NCBI GenBank assembly: GCA_951406725.2
Contig: OX597836.1
Coordinates: 12,276,001-12,340,000, forward strand
Direction of reading: 5' to 3'
DNA length: 64,000 nt
DNA from: Octopus vulgaris
Lineage: Eukaryota
Made by a program: the position numbers and the translations under genes. The notes below the pieces were generated by a model. It was not told the DNA's origin and did not search any database. It saw only the letters and a program-made list of their open reading frames with translations. This document shows positions 37,505 through 50,405 of the stretch, in pieces (position 1 is the first letter of the stretch; each line of letters starts with the position of its first letter).

Positions 37505-37768
37505 TGTGTATTAGTGTTTCCTTGTCTTCATGTCTTGTGATAGTCGTAAATGAGCTTCATTTTCAGTCTTCCGTGTGAAGCATGTCTGGCCATGGGGGAA
37601 ATGTATGATTTCTTGGAAGCAGATTGAGGGTTGGTGGTAGGAAGAGCATCCAGCCATAGAACATCTGCCTCAACAAATTTCATCCAACCTATGCAAGCAT
37701 AGAAAATGCTTGAATTGAACTGTACAATGGTGATGATGATGATGATGATGATGATGATGCTGATGATG
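37505..37768 (+). mobile_element. Older relative of family B (same tail, different upstream body)
   Basis: ggttggtggtaggaagagcatccagccataga...atccaacctatgcaagcatagaaaa followed by (GAT)n. Confidence 0.65.
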
Positions 37769-38314
37769 AATAGTACCAGATCAGCTTGATCAATCTCATC
37801 TATGATCAAAAGACATTCCAGCTATGGCGATCCACTCATTGTTTTTTTTTGTTTTGTTTTTTATTCCTCAGGCACATTGTATCAGGAATAAAATTATCAA
37901 GCGTATCCGCATTTTCGTTTGTTCTGCTTCCTTCAAGATGTTTCGTGTTATTTGAGGAAGCTTTGGCTGCAATTTCTAGCAGGTCGTGCGACGCCGTCGA
38001 TGATGTGACACGGAACCTTAGTTCTCTTTTAAATATGTTTTTTTTTGTTTTCCTCCGGTTTTCTTCAATAATAATTAAAGTCCCTCAACGGAACACAAGA
38101 TGTTACATCTTAAAAAAAAAAATAAAAAATAAAAATAAGCAACCATAAATTTCTGTGAAGCCTTTGAAGTCGGAATCTAAAGAAAATGGTGGGCGGGAAA
38201 AATGTCTGTTTTTCCGAGTCTTTCAAGTGTCAGAGCATGGAGACTGCAGATGAAACGCTCGCACATCAAATATAGATGGGAATTAAAACAGTGTTCTTAG
38301 AAAATAAAAATAAA

Positions 38315-38345
<31 letters not shown>

Positions 38346-38970
38346 TATATATAAAAGACCTTTTCAAGAATTATGCAGGAGATTATAGCGCTGCTAGAAA
38401 TGTTTAAGGTCTACTGCTTGCCCTCCTACTCTCCTCCTACTACCTATATGGCTGGTCGGCTTATCTTGCTCCCCCTTATCCTCCCCTCGTTGCTCTTGGC
38501 CCAGTACTTCACTCAGTATTTCGGTAGCAAAATTTTGATTATAATCTGGTTAGTGTGTAATGTGTGGTGTGGTGTGGTAGGAAAATTATTGTGGCCTACT
38601 TTTTAGCGGATCCACATGTAGCAGTAAATATGCATACATAAATACATGCATAAGCATGTATACACAAACACACATGTGTATATATCAAAGAGCTAGAGGA
38701 AGAAACTACACATGCAGACTCACATACATACTTACATACACATATATATATATACGTAGTTTTTATGCATGGTTGGTGATACAAGACGGGAAAGTAGGCC
38801 ACAGAACATTTGTTAACCTATGTAGTGGACATACAAAAATTATAGATTTAACTGTTTCACCATGAATTGAAAGCAAAAAATGATAAACAGCCTTAATAGA
38901 TTCTCAGCCCTTTTTGGCGTCTCATCAGTGGTATCTGTATCATTTGATCAATCCCAGAAAAATAAGCACT

Positions 38971-39016
<46 letters not shown>

Positions 39017-39337
39017 TTATATGTAATATAATTTTTCTGTATCTTCAGATTTTAAAATGCTAGACCACTCGTTTTAAATTGATATTAAACTAATATTCAA
39101 TTTTTCACTCTTATTATTTCAAATTTGTATGTGTGTATATATATATTTATATATAGCCAAAATGGAAACGAACACCATTCCTCCATGTGATCATCTTGAA
39201 AAATTAAGATAAGATATTTTCTTAACATGAAACCAATGGTAGCCTTAATACACAAATCAGGAATTTTTATCCACCAAACCTGTGTTCAGCACTCATTCTC
39301 ATTGTTCACCTTTTACAAATGTGTGTGTGTATGTATG

Positions 39338-39374
<37 letters not shown>

Positions 39375-40817
39375 ACACACACATGCCAATATGTTGACTG
39401 CCTCGTCTTGTCAAATGATAACCGTCTTGCATTAGATCTGATTGTTCCAGTTTATTTTCAACCATATATGTATGCAGATATGACTTATCACGCCATGCAT
39501 CCATCCCCATAGGACTTCATGAAATGCAAAATAGATCTAGAAATGAAATGATCGTGAAACATCAATCTGTTCATCGTTGGATTACAGTGACAACAGCTTG
39601 TACAACACTTCTGCTGCTCTCTCGGTTGCAGTAGTATCTTCCAGTGACAAGCGTTGCAAGGTGCCTGGTTACTATTTTGACTGCAGGCTTTATAAGTCAG
39701 AGTAGCTTTCTCCTAGAACAGCAGCTTTCTCCATAGCCTTGTCAGAATTATACAGGAGCCTCTTCTAAACCTGGGAAATTTATTTAACCTCCAGCCATGA
39801 CCTTCACAAGTATCACCATTCCAGGTGAGAATAGATTGTAGAGTAATGGTAATTGAGAGATGACTCTATGCTCCCCACAACTACAGAACTCCAGAACTGG
39901 AGCCTTACCGACGGATGCAGTTCAAATATTAATCAGCAGAAATGGGAGAGTGACATAAGGGCCATAAGAGTTTCATGCATTGGCACTCTCAAGGCATGAA
40001 CTTTTTGGCCATTGAGTCACACTGCAATTTCTGCCAATTAAAACTGAAAAACAATTGTGTGTGTGTGGGGAGGAATGTGTTTGTATTGTTTCTCTCTATA
40101 TCTACTACATGCCAACTGATGTTGGTTTATTTATGTCCCCATAATTTACCAGTTCAGCAAAAGGAACCTATGAGAATAGAATAACTGCAAGACTTACAAA
40201 AAATTTTTTAAAAAAACAGTTTGTTCAACTAAGACCTTACAAAGCAGTGCCCCAGCATGGCCACAGTCCAAAGACCAAAACACATTAAAAATAAAACATT
40301 CATATAATTTTAATGTGCCATTTCAATTTCACATTTTGCTCTATCTTTCATTTTTCTCCTGCTCAATATTTTTTTGTCTTATTTTTGTCTTATTTTGGTT
40401 TTTATTGTTTTTTCTATATATTCAGGTTTCTTTTGGTGGGGTTTTTTTTTCCGTTTTTTTTTTTTTTTCTTGCCATTTTTTTATTTCTTCACAAGTTCCA
40501 ATTGTAGAACAATCCATCGATCTAGATTTTTAGCATTTCATCATTTTAGTTTATGGTTTTTTTTATATTTGTTGGGTTATTTTCTTCTCCATCCTACAAC
40601 CGCCCCACCCCCACCCCTTCACCGCTAACAATGTTCAGAGTCTTTTGTTTTTTTGTTTTTTTGTTTTTGTTTTTTCGTTTTTTGGTTGATTCCTCAGCTC
40701 TTTGCAGAACTTTCAGTCACCCTTCCATAGTTCACACGTTTCGTTGTTCCACATTCGCTCACACATGGAAATGCGTATGAGTCTGTGTATGTATACATAT
40801 GTATGTATATATAATAT

Positions 40818-40878
40818 ATATACCTACTTATATATGGGTGTGCATGTGTGTCTGTATATATATGGGTGTGCATGTGTG

Positions 40879-40926
<48 letters not shown>

Positions 40927-40959
40927 CACACATGCACACCCATATATAAGTAGGTATAT
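40818..40959. repeat. Palindrome centred on a (TA)n run
   Basis: tatatatgggtgtgcatgtgtgtctgtg-(TA)n-cacagacacacatgcacacccatatata; outer atatacctactta pairs with taagtaggtatat. Confidence 0.9.
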
Positions 40960-41077
40960 TTATGTATATATACTTTGATATATGTGCATAAGTATGTTGA
41001 TGTATTCATATATATATATATGTATATATATATATATGTATGTATGTATGAATACACCTACATATATATATGAATAC

Positions 41078-41111
<34 letters not shown>

Positions 41112-41945
41112 ATGTAAATGCATGCATGTATACATACATGTATTTATGTTTGTATGCATATACACATTTTGATACATATATGTGTGGTGTGTGTGTATAT
41201 ATGTGTATATATATACACACACATGTATTTATATATATATATATATATATATGCTTATATTGGTGTATGCATGTAAACGATGTAAATGTATTCAAACACT
41301 CACTAATATATATATATACATACATACATACATACACACACATACACACATATATATATGCATAGATGTATATATACATGTGTATATATATATGTATGTA
41401 TGTGTGTGTAGATGGGTATAGGTGTATATAAGGTTTACTAAACGTATCATTCAAATGGTCGGTGGAGGTGATCGGGAAGGGAGAGAGAGGGGGGAGGAAC
41501 AAAATCAATGGCTACACTAGATCAATACGCAACGTAGGTAGATCAATATGCCTATCTCATTGTACAGTTGCATCCATGTATGCCACCAGGTGATTAAATT
41601 GCCTGCTCCAACCCTTCTCCACCCTTCTTCTCTCCTTCCCTCCTACACACCCCAACCTCTCCTCCCTCCATAACAATGGAAAGCTTATATATATATCATT
41701 GTTATAATTATCGTTGTCATCGTCATCGTTTTGATCATTGCCGGCGTCAGCATCATTATCATTATCATCGTGTAATTATCATTGTTAGTGCCGTCGTTGT
41801 TGTTGTCAGCATCGTTGTTTTCAACACCATCATCATCATCATTACCACCACCACCTCCAGTCATAATCATCACTATCATAATCATCGTCGTCATCATCAG
41901 CAATCATAATCATCATCAATATCACCATTTTCATTATCCGTTATG

Positions 41946-42553
41946 AGCGTCGCCTTACTGGCACTTGTGCTGGTGGCACGTCAACAAAACATTCGAGCGA
42001 GGTCATTGCCAGTGCCACTGGACTGGCTCCTGTGCAGGTGGCACATAAAAAACACCATTTGAGTGTGATCGTTACCAGTGTCGCCTTACTGGCATTTGTG
42101 CCGGTGGCACGTGAACAAAACATTTGAGCAAAGTCGTTGCCAGTGCCACTGGACTGACTCCTGTGCAGGTGGCATGTAAAAAGCACCATTTGAGTGATCG
42201 TTACCAGCGTCGCCTTACTGGCCCTTGTGCAAATGGCACATGAACAAAAAATTTGAGCAAAGTCGTTGCCAGTGCCGCTGGACTGACTCCTGTGCAGGTG
42301 GCACGTAAAAAGCACCATTTGAGTGTGGCCGTTGCCAGTACCACCTGACTGGCCCTCGTGCCAGTGGCACATAAAAGCACCCAGTACATTCTCGGAGGGA
42401 GTGGTTGGCATTAGGAAGGGCTTCCAGCTGTAGAAGCTCTGCCATATCAAGATTGGAGCCTGGGGCAGCCATCTGGTTCGCCAGACCTCAGTCAAATCAT
42501 CCAACCCATGCCAGCATGGAAAGCGGACGTTTAATGATGATGATGATGATGAT
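41946..42553 (+). mobile_element. Family-B element with 7 tandem ~65-nt modules in the order A-B-A-B-A-B-C
   Basis: TGGCAY cores near 41975, 42040, 42106, 42171, 42235, 42300 and 42366, then the complete tail and (GAT)n. Confidence 0.9.
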
Positions 42554-42939
42554 CACTGTCGTAATCATCATCATCATCATATTTGTCAGTGTCATCGTCA
42601 GCATCATTATCACCCACACCCCCATCATCAGTGTCATCATCAATCACCAATGTCATCACGCTTGTCATCGTCATCAGCTACACCGCCATCATCATCATGC
42701 CCATTACCAACGTCATCAACGTCATCATCATGTCCATAATCGTAGTCATCATTTACTGTCCATGTTGTTTATGTCAATCATACTCGTCGTCATCATCGTC
42801 ATCATTATCTACATGACATAGACTCGTTGGCAATTAGTACAGAAGAACTTGACAAATAGACTGGGTCGTTAAGACAAATTAATCAATCGATCTAAATAGC
42901 CGTAACGAATTAGTTCCCAGGACGGATCTAACAGAACAA

Positions 42940-42972
<33 letters not shown>

Positions 42973-43054
42973 TTAGGAAGAATGGTGAGAGATTCTCTGC
43001 AGAATTATCAGGAGACCAGCACGCTTTGTTGATATGCAATTTTTAGCATTTGAT

Positions 43055-43900
43055 ATAATGGTGATGATGATGATGGTGGTAGTTGTGGTGGTGGTGGTGG
43101 TGATGAGGATGGTGGTGGTGGTGGTGGTGGTGATGTGGGTGGTGGTGGTGGTGGTAGTTGTGGTGATGTGGGTGATGGTGGTAGTAGTTGTGGTGGTGGT
43201 AGTAGTTATGGTAGTGGTAGTAGTTATGGTGGTGGTAGTTGTTGTGGTGGTGGTGATGTGGGTGGTGGTGGTGGTGATGGTAGTTGTCGTGATGCGGGTG
43301 GTGGTGGTAGTAGTTGTGGTGGTGGTAGTAGTTATGGCAGTGGTAGTAGTTGTGGTGGTGGTAGTAGTTGTGGTGTGGTGGTAGTAGTTATGGTGGTGGT
43401 AGTTGTTGTGGTGGTGGTGGTGGTGGTAGTTGTGGTAGTAGTGGTAGTTGTGGTGGTGGTAGTAGTTATGGTTGTAGTAGTTGTGGTGGTGGTGTTGATC
43501 ATGGTGACGATGACGATGATGGTGGTAGTGTGTGATGATGGTTATAAGGATAATGGTTGTGATGGTGGTGATCATGGTGATGATGTCCATGATAGTGGTG
43601 TATGATGATGGGTATTGTGGTGTTGGTGGTAGTAGTGGTGTTGGTAGTGATGATAATGTTTATGGTGGTGGTGGTGATGATGATTATTGTGATAATAATG
43701 GTGGTCGTGGTGGTGGGGATCATGATGGTGATGATGGTGGTGATGGTGGTGGTGGTGGTGATGATGATGGTTATTATGCTAATGGTGGTGATCGTTAGGG
43801 TGGTGCGGTGATGACGATGACATGGCTACTGATGTTGATGATGATGATGATGATTACTACTACAATACTTTTGCGATAGTGATGATGATGATGAGGAGGA
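43055..43900. repeat. (GGT/GAT/AGT)n trinucleotide tract
   Basis: Direct inspection. Confidence 0.95.
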
Positions 43901-44188
43901 GGAAGAGGAGATGGTCGTATGACTTAAGTGAGCCTGCATTTGCTGATTTATTTCACTCTCTTCGTCTCTGCTAATGAATGAATCTAATTAAAAATGCATA
44001 TTAATCATTCGAGTAGTTTCTCCTTTTGTTTCTTTTGTTGCTCTTGTTTTTGGTTATATTGTTTTGTTTTGTTTTTTTTCTTTCTTCATTCATAATATTT
44101 TTGTGTGACATGCATAAAGCTATATATGTGTGTGTGTGTGTATATGTATGGTTTGGTCCTATTTATCTGTGTGTGTGTGTGTTTGTGG

Positions 44189-44770
44189 TGTGAAGACACA
44201 TGGTTTAGTGGTTATGGTATTCAGCTCACAATCGTAAAGTCAAGAGTTCAATTCCCAGCAGCACCTTGTGTCCTTGAGCAAGACACTTCACTTCACGTTA
44301 CCCCAGTCCCCTCAGCTGGTAAAAGTGAGTTGTCTCTGTAATCCAAAGGGCTACCCTTTTTTTTTTTCTACTCTAGGCACAAGGTCCGAAATTTTGGGGG
44401 CAGGGGGCCAGTCGATTAGATCAACCCCAGTATGCAACTGGTACTTAATTTATTGACCCCAAAAGGATGAAAGGTAAAATCGACCTCGGCAGAATTTGAA
44501 CTCAGAATGTAAAGACAGACAAAATACCACTAACCATTTTGCCCAGCCAGTTAAAATTTCTGCCAGCTTAACTCAGTGCCTATAATATATAAGTGACTGA
44601 AATTACAGCACTCCTGCCCCTGGATAGGATACCAGTCCATTGCAGTTACTGGAACTTATTTACAAATGAAGTGTTTCGCTCAAGAACACAATGCACCACC
44701 CAGTCTGGGAAATGAAACCAAGATCTTTACAATCATGAATGCAATGCCCTAACCACAAAGCCATAAGCCT
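44189..44770. mobile_element. SINE cluster: family C (+, 44189-44355), Meta-like (-, 44356-44570), family C (-, ~44615-44770)
   Basis: Similarity to the copies at 32536, 47773 and 7795. Confidence 0.75.
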
Positions 44771-45029
44771 TTGCTTGGGAGAACAAAGCCCAACGTTTAT
44801 CATGCCATCTTCGTGTTTTAAAACTAATCTAGCAGTTTTTTGGGTGTGGTCAGAACTATTTCCTGCTGAGCCCCTACTTACTGCATGTTCTGTTTGTTGT
44901 CCATTGTTGCATGAGATTTGGTGGGTCATTATAGGGAATGATTTTATCTGGTGTGTGTTGTACAAGACTGTACATGCCTGTGTATGTGTCTGCACGTATG
45001 ACTCTTGGATTGGATTGGAATGCCCATGT

Positions 45030-45345
45030 TCAGTCCACTGCAGGACGAAGGCCTCAACAGGTTCTCTCTCCACCCAGCCATGGACCAATGTGTAGGCTGT
45101 GAATTAGAGCTTGAGATAATACTGGTTTGAGGAACCTGCTCTGCCCTGCAAAATGAAGGCCCCAGCATGCTCCCTTCGCCCAGCCATGGCCCAGTGTAGA
45201 GGCCATGAATTTGAGCTTGAGATCAAACTGGTTCCTCTCCCCTGCAGAATGAAAGCCTCAGCATGTTCTCTCCACCCAACTACAGACCAATGTGGAGGTC
45301 ATAAACTTGTGCTTGAGATCATACTAGTTTGGTGAGCCTACCCTA
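45030..45345 (-). repeat. Diverged tandem triplication (units ~108, 96 and ~100 bp) anchored on an RTE-clade LINE 3' end
   Basis: Units start at ctgca 45038, 45146 and 45242 and share ...gcttgagat.a.act.gtt; the first reads EAFVLQWT on the minus strand. Confidence 0.65.
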
Positions 45346-46174
45346 CTACACAGGCCCAACTGACATCGCTTGGCAAAGGGGTGCAGTTTTTTTTGTTTTT
45401 TTTATGGACCCCAAAATGATGAAAAGCTAAGTTAACTTTGGTGGAATTTGAACTCAGAACATAGCGACAGACGAAATACCACTAAGCCTTTCACCACACG
45501 TATTAACGATCCTACCAGCTTGCCGCCCTCATAACTCTTCGCTACATAATTAATCACATAACTTCCGTCGCCTCTGTGATCAGCCATTTACTAAATCATC
45601 CATTACATGCCGAGGAATATATTCCTCCATGAACCACATACCTCTTCCCACACCCCTCCATCCCTCCTCTCTCTTCCCCCCTCTTTCGTCCCTCCTCTCT
45701 TCCTTCTCTCTTTCTTCCCTCCTCTCTTCCCCTCTCTCTTCTCTCTCTCTTGCCCCCTCATGTACCAAAAGCACGAATGTAGTAGAGTAGTTTGCCAAAA
45801 TAATTTACAATACTTTGTTGATAAGCTTTTTCTGTTAAAGAATTTCCTTTTAGCGCCGTTGAGTAATGACTTCACCCGATAAACCGAACCAATATTTTTA
45901 CTTCCCTGGCATTAACTAACCACACCGCCACCAAGCCAGCGGCCGGCTGGCCAGCCATTTTACTCTAAAAATAAGACCAATATTTGCAGATGATAAAACC
46001 TCTTTAAAATATTTAGTTTCGTGACTTACGGCAAGGACACAAACGAACTATTGTGGCTCTTTTGTATTAGTTTCCATTTCCAATTCCAATATGACAGCTT
46101 TGCAACCACAGCAACAACAATAACGATGAGGGAAAGGAAGAGGAGTTGCAACAGGTTGAGACAAGAGAGAGAGA

Positions 46175-46880
46175 GAGAGAGCTCTTATGCGTTGCTTTCA
46201 AAAATGTGAGATGAGAGCTCCTGTATATTTGTCCAAAAGTGTGAGACAGAGAGAGAGAGATCTGTGTATTGTGTGAGAAAATGGGAGAAGAGAGCTCCTA
46301 CGAATTGCATCCGAAATTTGAGAGAAAGAGAGGGAATGAGTGAGTGCTATGTATTGTGTCCTGAAGTGTGTGTGAGTGAGAGAGCTCCTGTATCTTTTGT
46401 ATGTTGTGTCAGACAGTGTGAGAGAGAGAGTAAGAGCTATGTATTGTGTGAGAAAAATAGAAGAGAGCTCCTATGAATTGCATCCGAAATTTGAGAGAAA
46501 GAGAGAGAGGAAGTGAGTGAGTGAGCGCTATGTATTGTGTCCTGAAGTCTGTGAGAGAGAGAGAGAGAGAGAGAAGAGAGCTCCTGTATTTCGTGTATGT
46601 TGTGACTGACAGTGTGAGTGAGAGGTAGAGCTGTGTATTATATCCAAATGTGTGAGAAAGGCAGAAAAAGGGCTCCTGTTTATTGTGGCCAAAAGAGTAG
46701 GGAAGAGAGAGAGAACTTCGATATATTTCATTCAAAAGTGAGAGGGAGAGAGAGAGAGAGAGGAGGAGGAGGAGACAGTATATTTCATCCAAAAGTGCGA
46801 GAGAGAGAACTTCTGTAAATTGCATCCAAACCGAAAGTGTATGATAAAGAGAGAAGGAACCCCTTCATATTGTATCTGAA
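46175..46880. repeat. Degenerate ~45-bp minisatellite (GAGAGCTCCTGTAT...(GA)n) with a ~175-bp higher-order duplication
   Basis: gagagctcctaYgaattgcatccgaaatttgagagaaagagag near 46290 and 46463; gagagctc recurs about 10 times. Confidence 0.75.
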
Positions 46881-47144
46881 AATGTGTGTGTGTCAGTGTG
46901 TCTGAATCGTATTTTGATTTATAGGGTGAAAGGAATGAATTGAAAACATAAGCTTTGCCGGGCAGCAAATATTTCCAATTCACCTTTGGCTACGTCTTCC
47001 ATAAAAAAAAAAAGAAAAAAAGACTTCTTCGCCACTAAAACGAACGACCAAATAAATAACAAAATTCTTGGTCAGCGCTGGAACCTTCTTTCTGATAATA
47101 AAAACCTGATTTTATGTTCTTGCTGGTTCCCGCTGATTTATTTA

Positions 47145-47987
47145 CAGTAAACGGCAAAGTTGACCTCAGCAGGATTTGAGCTCAGAACTTAAAGTGCCTG
47201 AAGAAATGAAGACATGTTGCTTAGCATTTTTCCCAAAGTGGTAATAACTCTGCCAGCTCACTGCTTTTAATAAAAATAATAGTAAAAGTAACGATGATTT
47301 TTTTAAATTTTGACACAAGGCCAGCAATTTCGGAGGAGGGAATAAGTCAATTGCATCGACCCCAGAGTTCAACTGGTGTTTATTTTATCGACTCCCAAAA
47401 GGATGAAAGGCAAAGTCAACCTCAGCGGAGTCCGGACATAAAATGTGAAGACACACAAAATGCCACTAAGCATTTCACTAGGTATGCTGACAGTTCTGCC
47501 TGCTCGCTGCCTTAATACTACTACTACTAATAATAATAATAATAATCCTTTCTGAAATTAGGGCAGGAGGAAACTAGTCTATTACATTGACCCCAGTGTT
47601 TTACTGTTACTTAACTTATCGACCCTAAAAGGATGAAAAGCAAAGTCCCTCAGCGGAATTTGAACTCAGAATGTAAAGATGAACAAAATACTGCTAAGCA
47701 TTCCGTCCAGCATGCTAACAATTCTGCCAGCTCACTGCCTTAATAATAATAATGATAATAATAATAATAATAACCCTTTCTACTATAGGCACACGGCCTG
47801 AAATTTGGGGGAGCGGGCAGTCGATTACATCGACCTCAGTATTCAACTGGTACTTAATTTATCAACCCCGAAATGATGAAAGGGAAAATCGGCCTCGGTG
47901 GAATTTGAACTCAGAACATAGCGATGAGTAAAATACCACTAAGCACTTTACTTGGCATGCTAACGATTCTGCCAGCTCACCACCTTA
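47145..47987 (-). mobile_element. Four head-to-tail Meta-domain-like SINEs separated by TAA-type repeats
   Basis: Copies at about 47145-47268, 47305-47514, 47547-47742 and 47773-47987. Confidence 0.85.
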
Positions 47988-48004
47988 ATAATAATTATAA
48001 TTAT

Positions 48005-48160
48005 TATGCGACTTCTTTTAGTTTTTGTCTGTCAAATACACTCACAAGGCTTTGGTCAGCCCAGGGCTAGAGTAGAAGACACTTACACAAGGTGCAATAC
48101 AGTGGGACTGAACCCAGGCCCATGGTGTTGGGAAGCAAACTTCTTACCACACAGCCACAC
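48005..48160 (-). mobile_element. Family-A SINE 5' half
   Basis: cactcacaaggctttggtcagccc...gtgggactgaaccc...cttaccacacagccac. Confidence 0.8.
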
Positions 48161-48594
48161 AGTATATTTTTCCCTGAATTTTTGGGTCAGTGGGTATGGA
48201 AGGTCATTCTTAAATGTCCCTCCGACGTTACACAGAGATGCCTCAATTTTGTGCAAACTCCAGTTCTACTCACCAGTTTTCAAGCATTTTGCTTTCCTAG
48301 ATTTTCCATTTTTATTTATATTTTTCTTCTTTGATTCCAACGAAATTGATGATGGTTGTAGTATTGATGATGATGATGGTTAGTTCATAGTGAAAGTGCT
48401 GTTGACTTCTACAAAGTTATAAACCACACTTATTGTTTGTTTGTTTGCTTGTTGGTTGGTTTGTGCATTTTGCTCTTGTTTGTTGCGAAATACAGCCGAG
48501 CGGTTTTTCCCTCCGAATCTATGTTTACGACTTCTGTGCTCTCTCCTAAGTGAAGAGAGATATATAGGACTGAAAGGTTTTAAAACAAATGTTT

Positions 48595-48747
48595 GTGTGT
48601 GTTTCGATCTCTTGGTGTATGTGATAGTGTGTATATGTATCAATGTGTGTGCTTAATCTCCGTATATATATATATGTGTGTGTGTGTTTCGATCTCTTGG
48701 TGTATGTGATAGTGTGTATATGTATCCATGTGTGTGCTTAATCTCCG

Positions 48748-48784
<37 letters not shown>

Positions 48785-48844
48785 TTCGATCTCTTGGTGT
48801 ATGTGATAGTGTGTATATGTATCCATGTGTGTGCTTAATCTCCG

Positions 48845-48877
<33 letters not shown>

Positions 48878-48937
48878 TTCGATCTCTTGGTGTATGTGAT
48901 AGTGTGTATATGTATCCATGTGTGTGCTTAATCTCCG

Positions 48938-48974
<37 letters not shown>

Positions 48975-49034
48975 TTCGATCTCTTGGTGTATGTGATAGT
49001 GTGTATATGTATCCATGTGTGTGCTTAATCTCCG

Positions 49035-49069
<35 letters not shown>

Positions 49070-49152
49070 TTCGATCTCTTGGTGTATGTGATAGTGTGTA
49101 TATGTATCAATGTGTGTGCTTAATCTCCGTATATATATATGTGTGTGTGTGT
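48595..49152. repeat. Tandem repeat, 6 copies of ~85-97 bp: constant ~63-bp core plus variable (TA)n(TG)n
   Basis: gtttcgatctcttggtgtatgtgatagtgtgtatatgtatcMatgtgtgtgcttaatctccg near 48601, 48686, 48783, 48876, 48973 and 49068. Confidence 0.95.
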
Positions 49153-49624
49153 GATTGTGTGTGTATTTCGGACTCTGTGTGCATGCATTTGTGTGTGTGT
49201 GTTGTGTGCTTCAGGCTCTGTATTTGTGTGTATGTTTCAGTCTCTGGGTGTATGTGTGTGTGTATATGTATCCATGTGTGTGATTGTGTGTGTGTCTTGA
49301 AGTCTGTGTGTATGTTTGTGTGTGTATTTCAAAGTCTGTGTGTATGTGCTTGTGTGTGTGTGTGTATTTTGAACTCTGTGTGTGTATATATTTATATTTT
49401 TGTCTGTGTGTATGTGCTTGTGTGTGTGTGTGTGTGTGTGTATTTTGAACTCTGTGTTTGTGTGTGTGTTTTGAACTTCGTATATGTATATGTATTTATA
49501 TTTTTGTCTGTGTGTGTGTGATTTCAAATTCTATGTGCATATGTTTGTATTTGTGTGTGTATGTGTGTTTTGGTCTATGTGTTTGTGTGTGTATTTATAT
49601 TTTTGTCTGTTTGTGTAATTTCAA

Positions 49625-49664
<40 letters not shown>

Positions 49665-50227
49665 CGATGCTGGACAAGTAAAGCAATATTTCACAGTTCG
49701 CCCTTTGCAAAGCTCTTAACACCATCCGACAACCTGTGGCGCTGTTCACTTAACAACAATGTTTATTATATTCTTCACATCTTCCACTGATTCTTTCAAC
49801 CTTTAAAGGTCCAACGAGGGATCCAGCTAAACCATAGTTGCTTAAACTGCTAGAAATAACAACCAAATCTCCCTCCTTATGCTAAAATAAAGTACATTTT
49901 GAATAAGTGTGATCTACCTGAATACGGATATGTCTGAAAAAAGAAACAAAAATAGATGGGATGGTCATGGCCGGAAGCTTTTTGATTATAGATCTATATT
50001 CTTATATCTTTTATCCTTTACTTGCCTCAGTCGTTGGACTGCGACCATGCTGGAGCATCATCTCAACAGGTTTTTAGTTGAACAGTTTCCTGGTAATTTC
50101 AATTGTTTTACCCCAACAACCAATCAGTTCTATTTCATAGCCACACATATAAATATATTTATATGCATATATATATTAGTATATATGTATAGATATATTT
50201 ATATGCATGTATATATGTATGAATGTA

Positions 50228-50260
<33 letters not shown>

Positions 50261-50290
50261 GTATTTTTATATATATATATGCTATATATA

Positions 50291-50405
<115 letters not shown>

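Noticed and set aside
38890-38930. Minus-strand CTGATGA-GACGCC...GGGCT-GAGAA (also CTGAAGA-TACC...GGTA near 62812)
   Set aside because: GAAA, helix III and helix I are missing; indistinguishable from chance
48595-49152. CRISPR-like repeat/spacer appearance (also 41946-42385 and 20915-21254)
   Set aside because: Eukaryotic context, no cas genes, and spacers are microsatellites or recurring short loops rather than unique ~30-nt sequences
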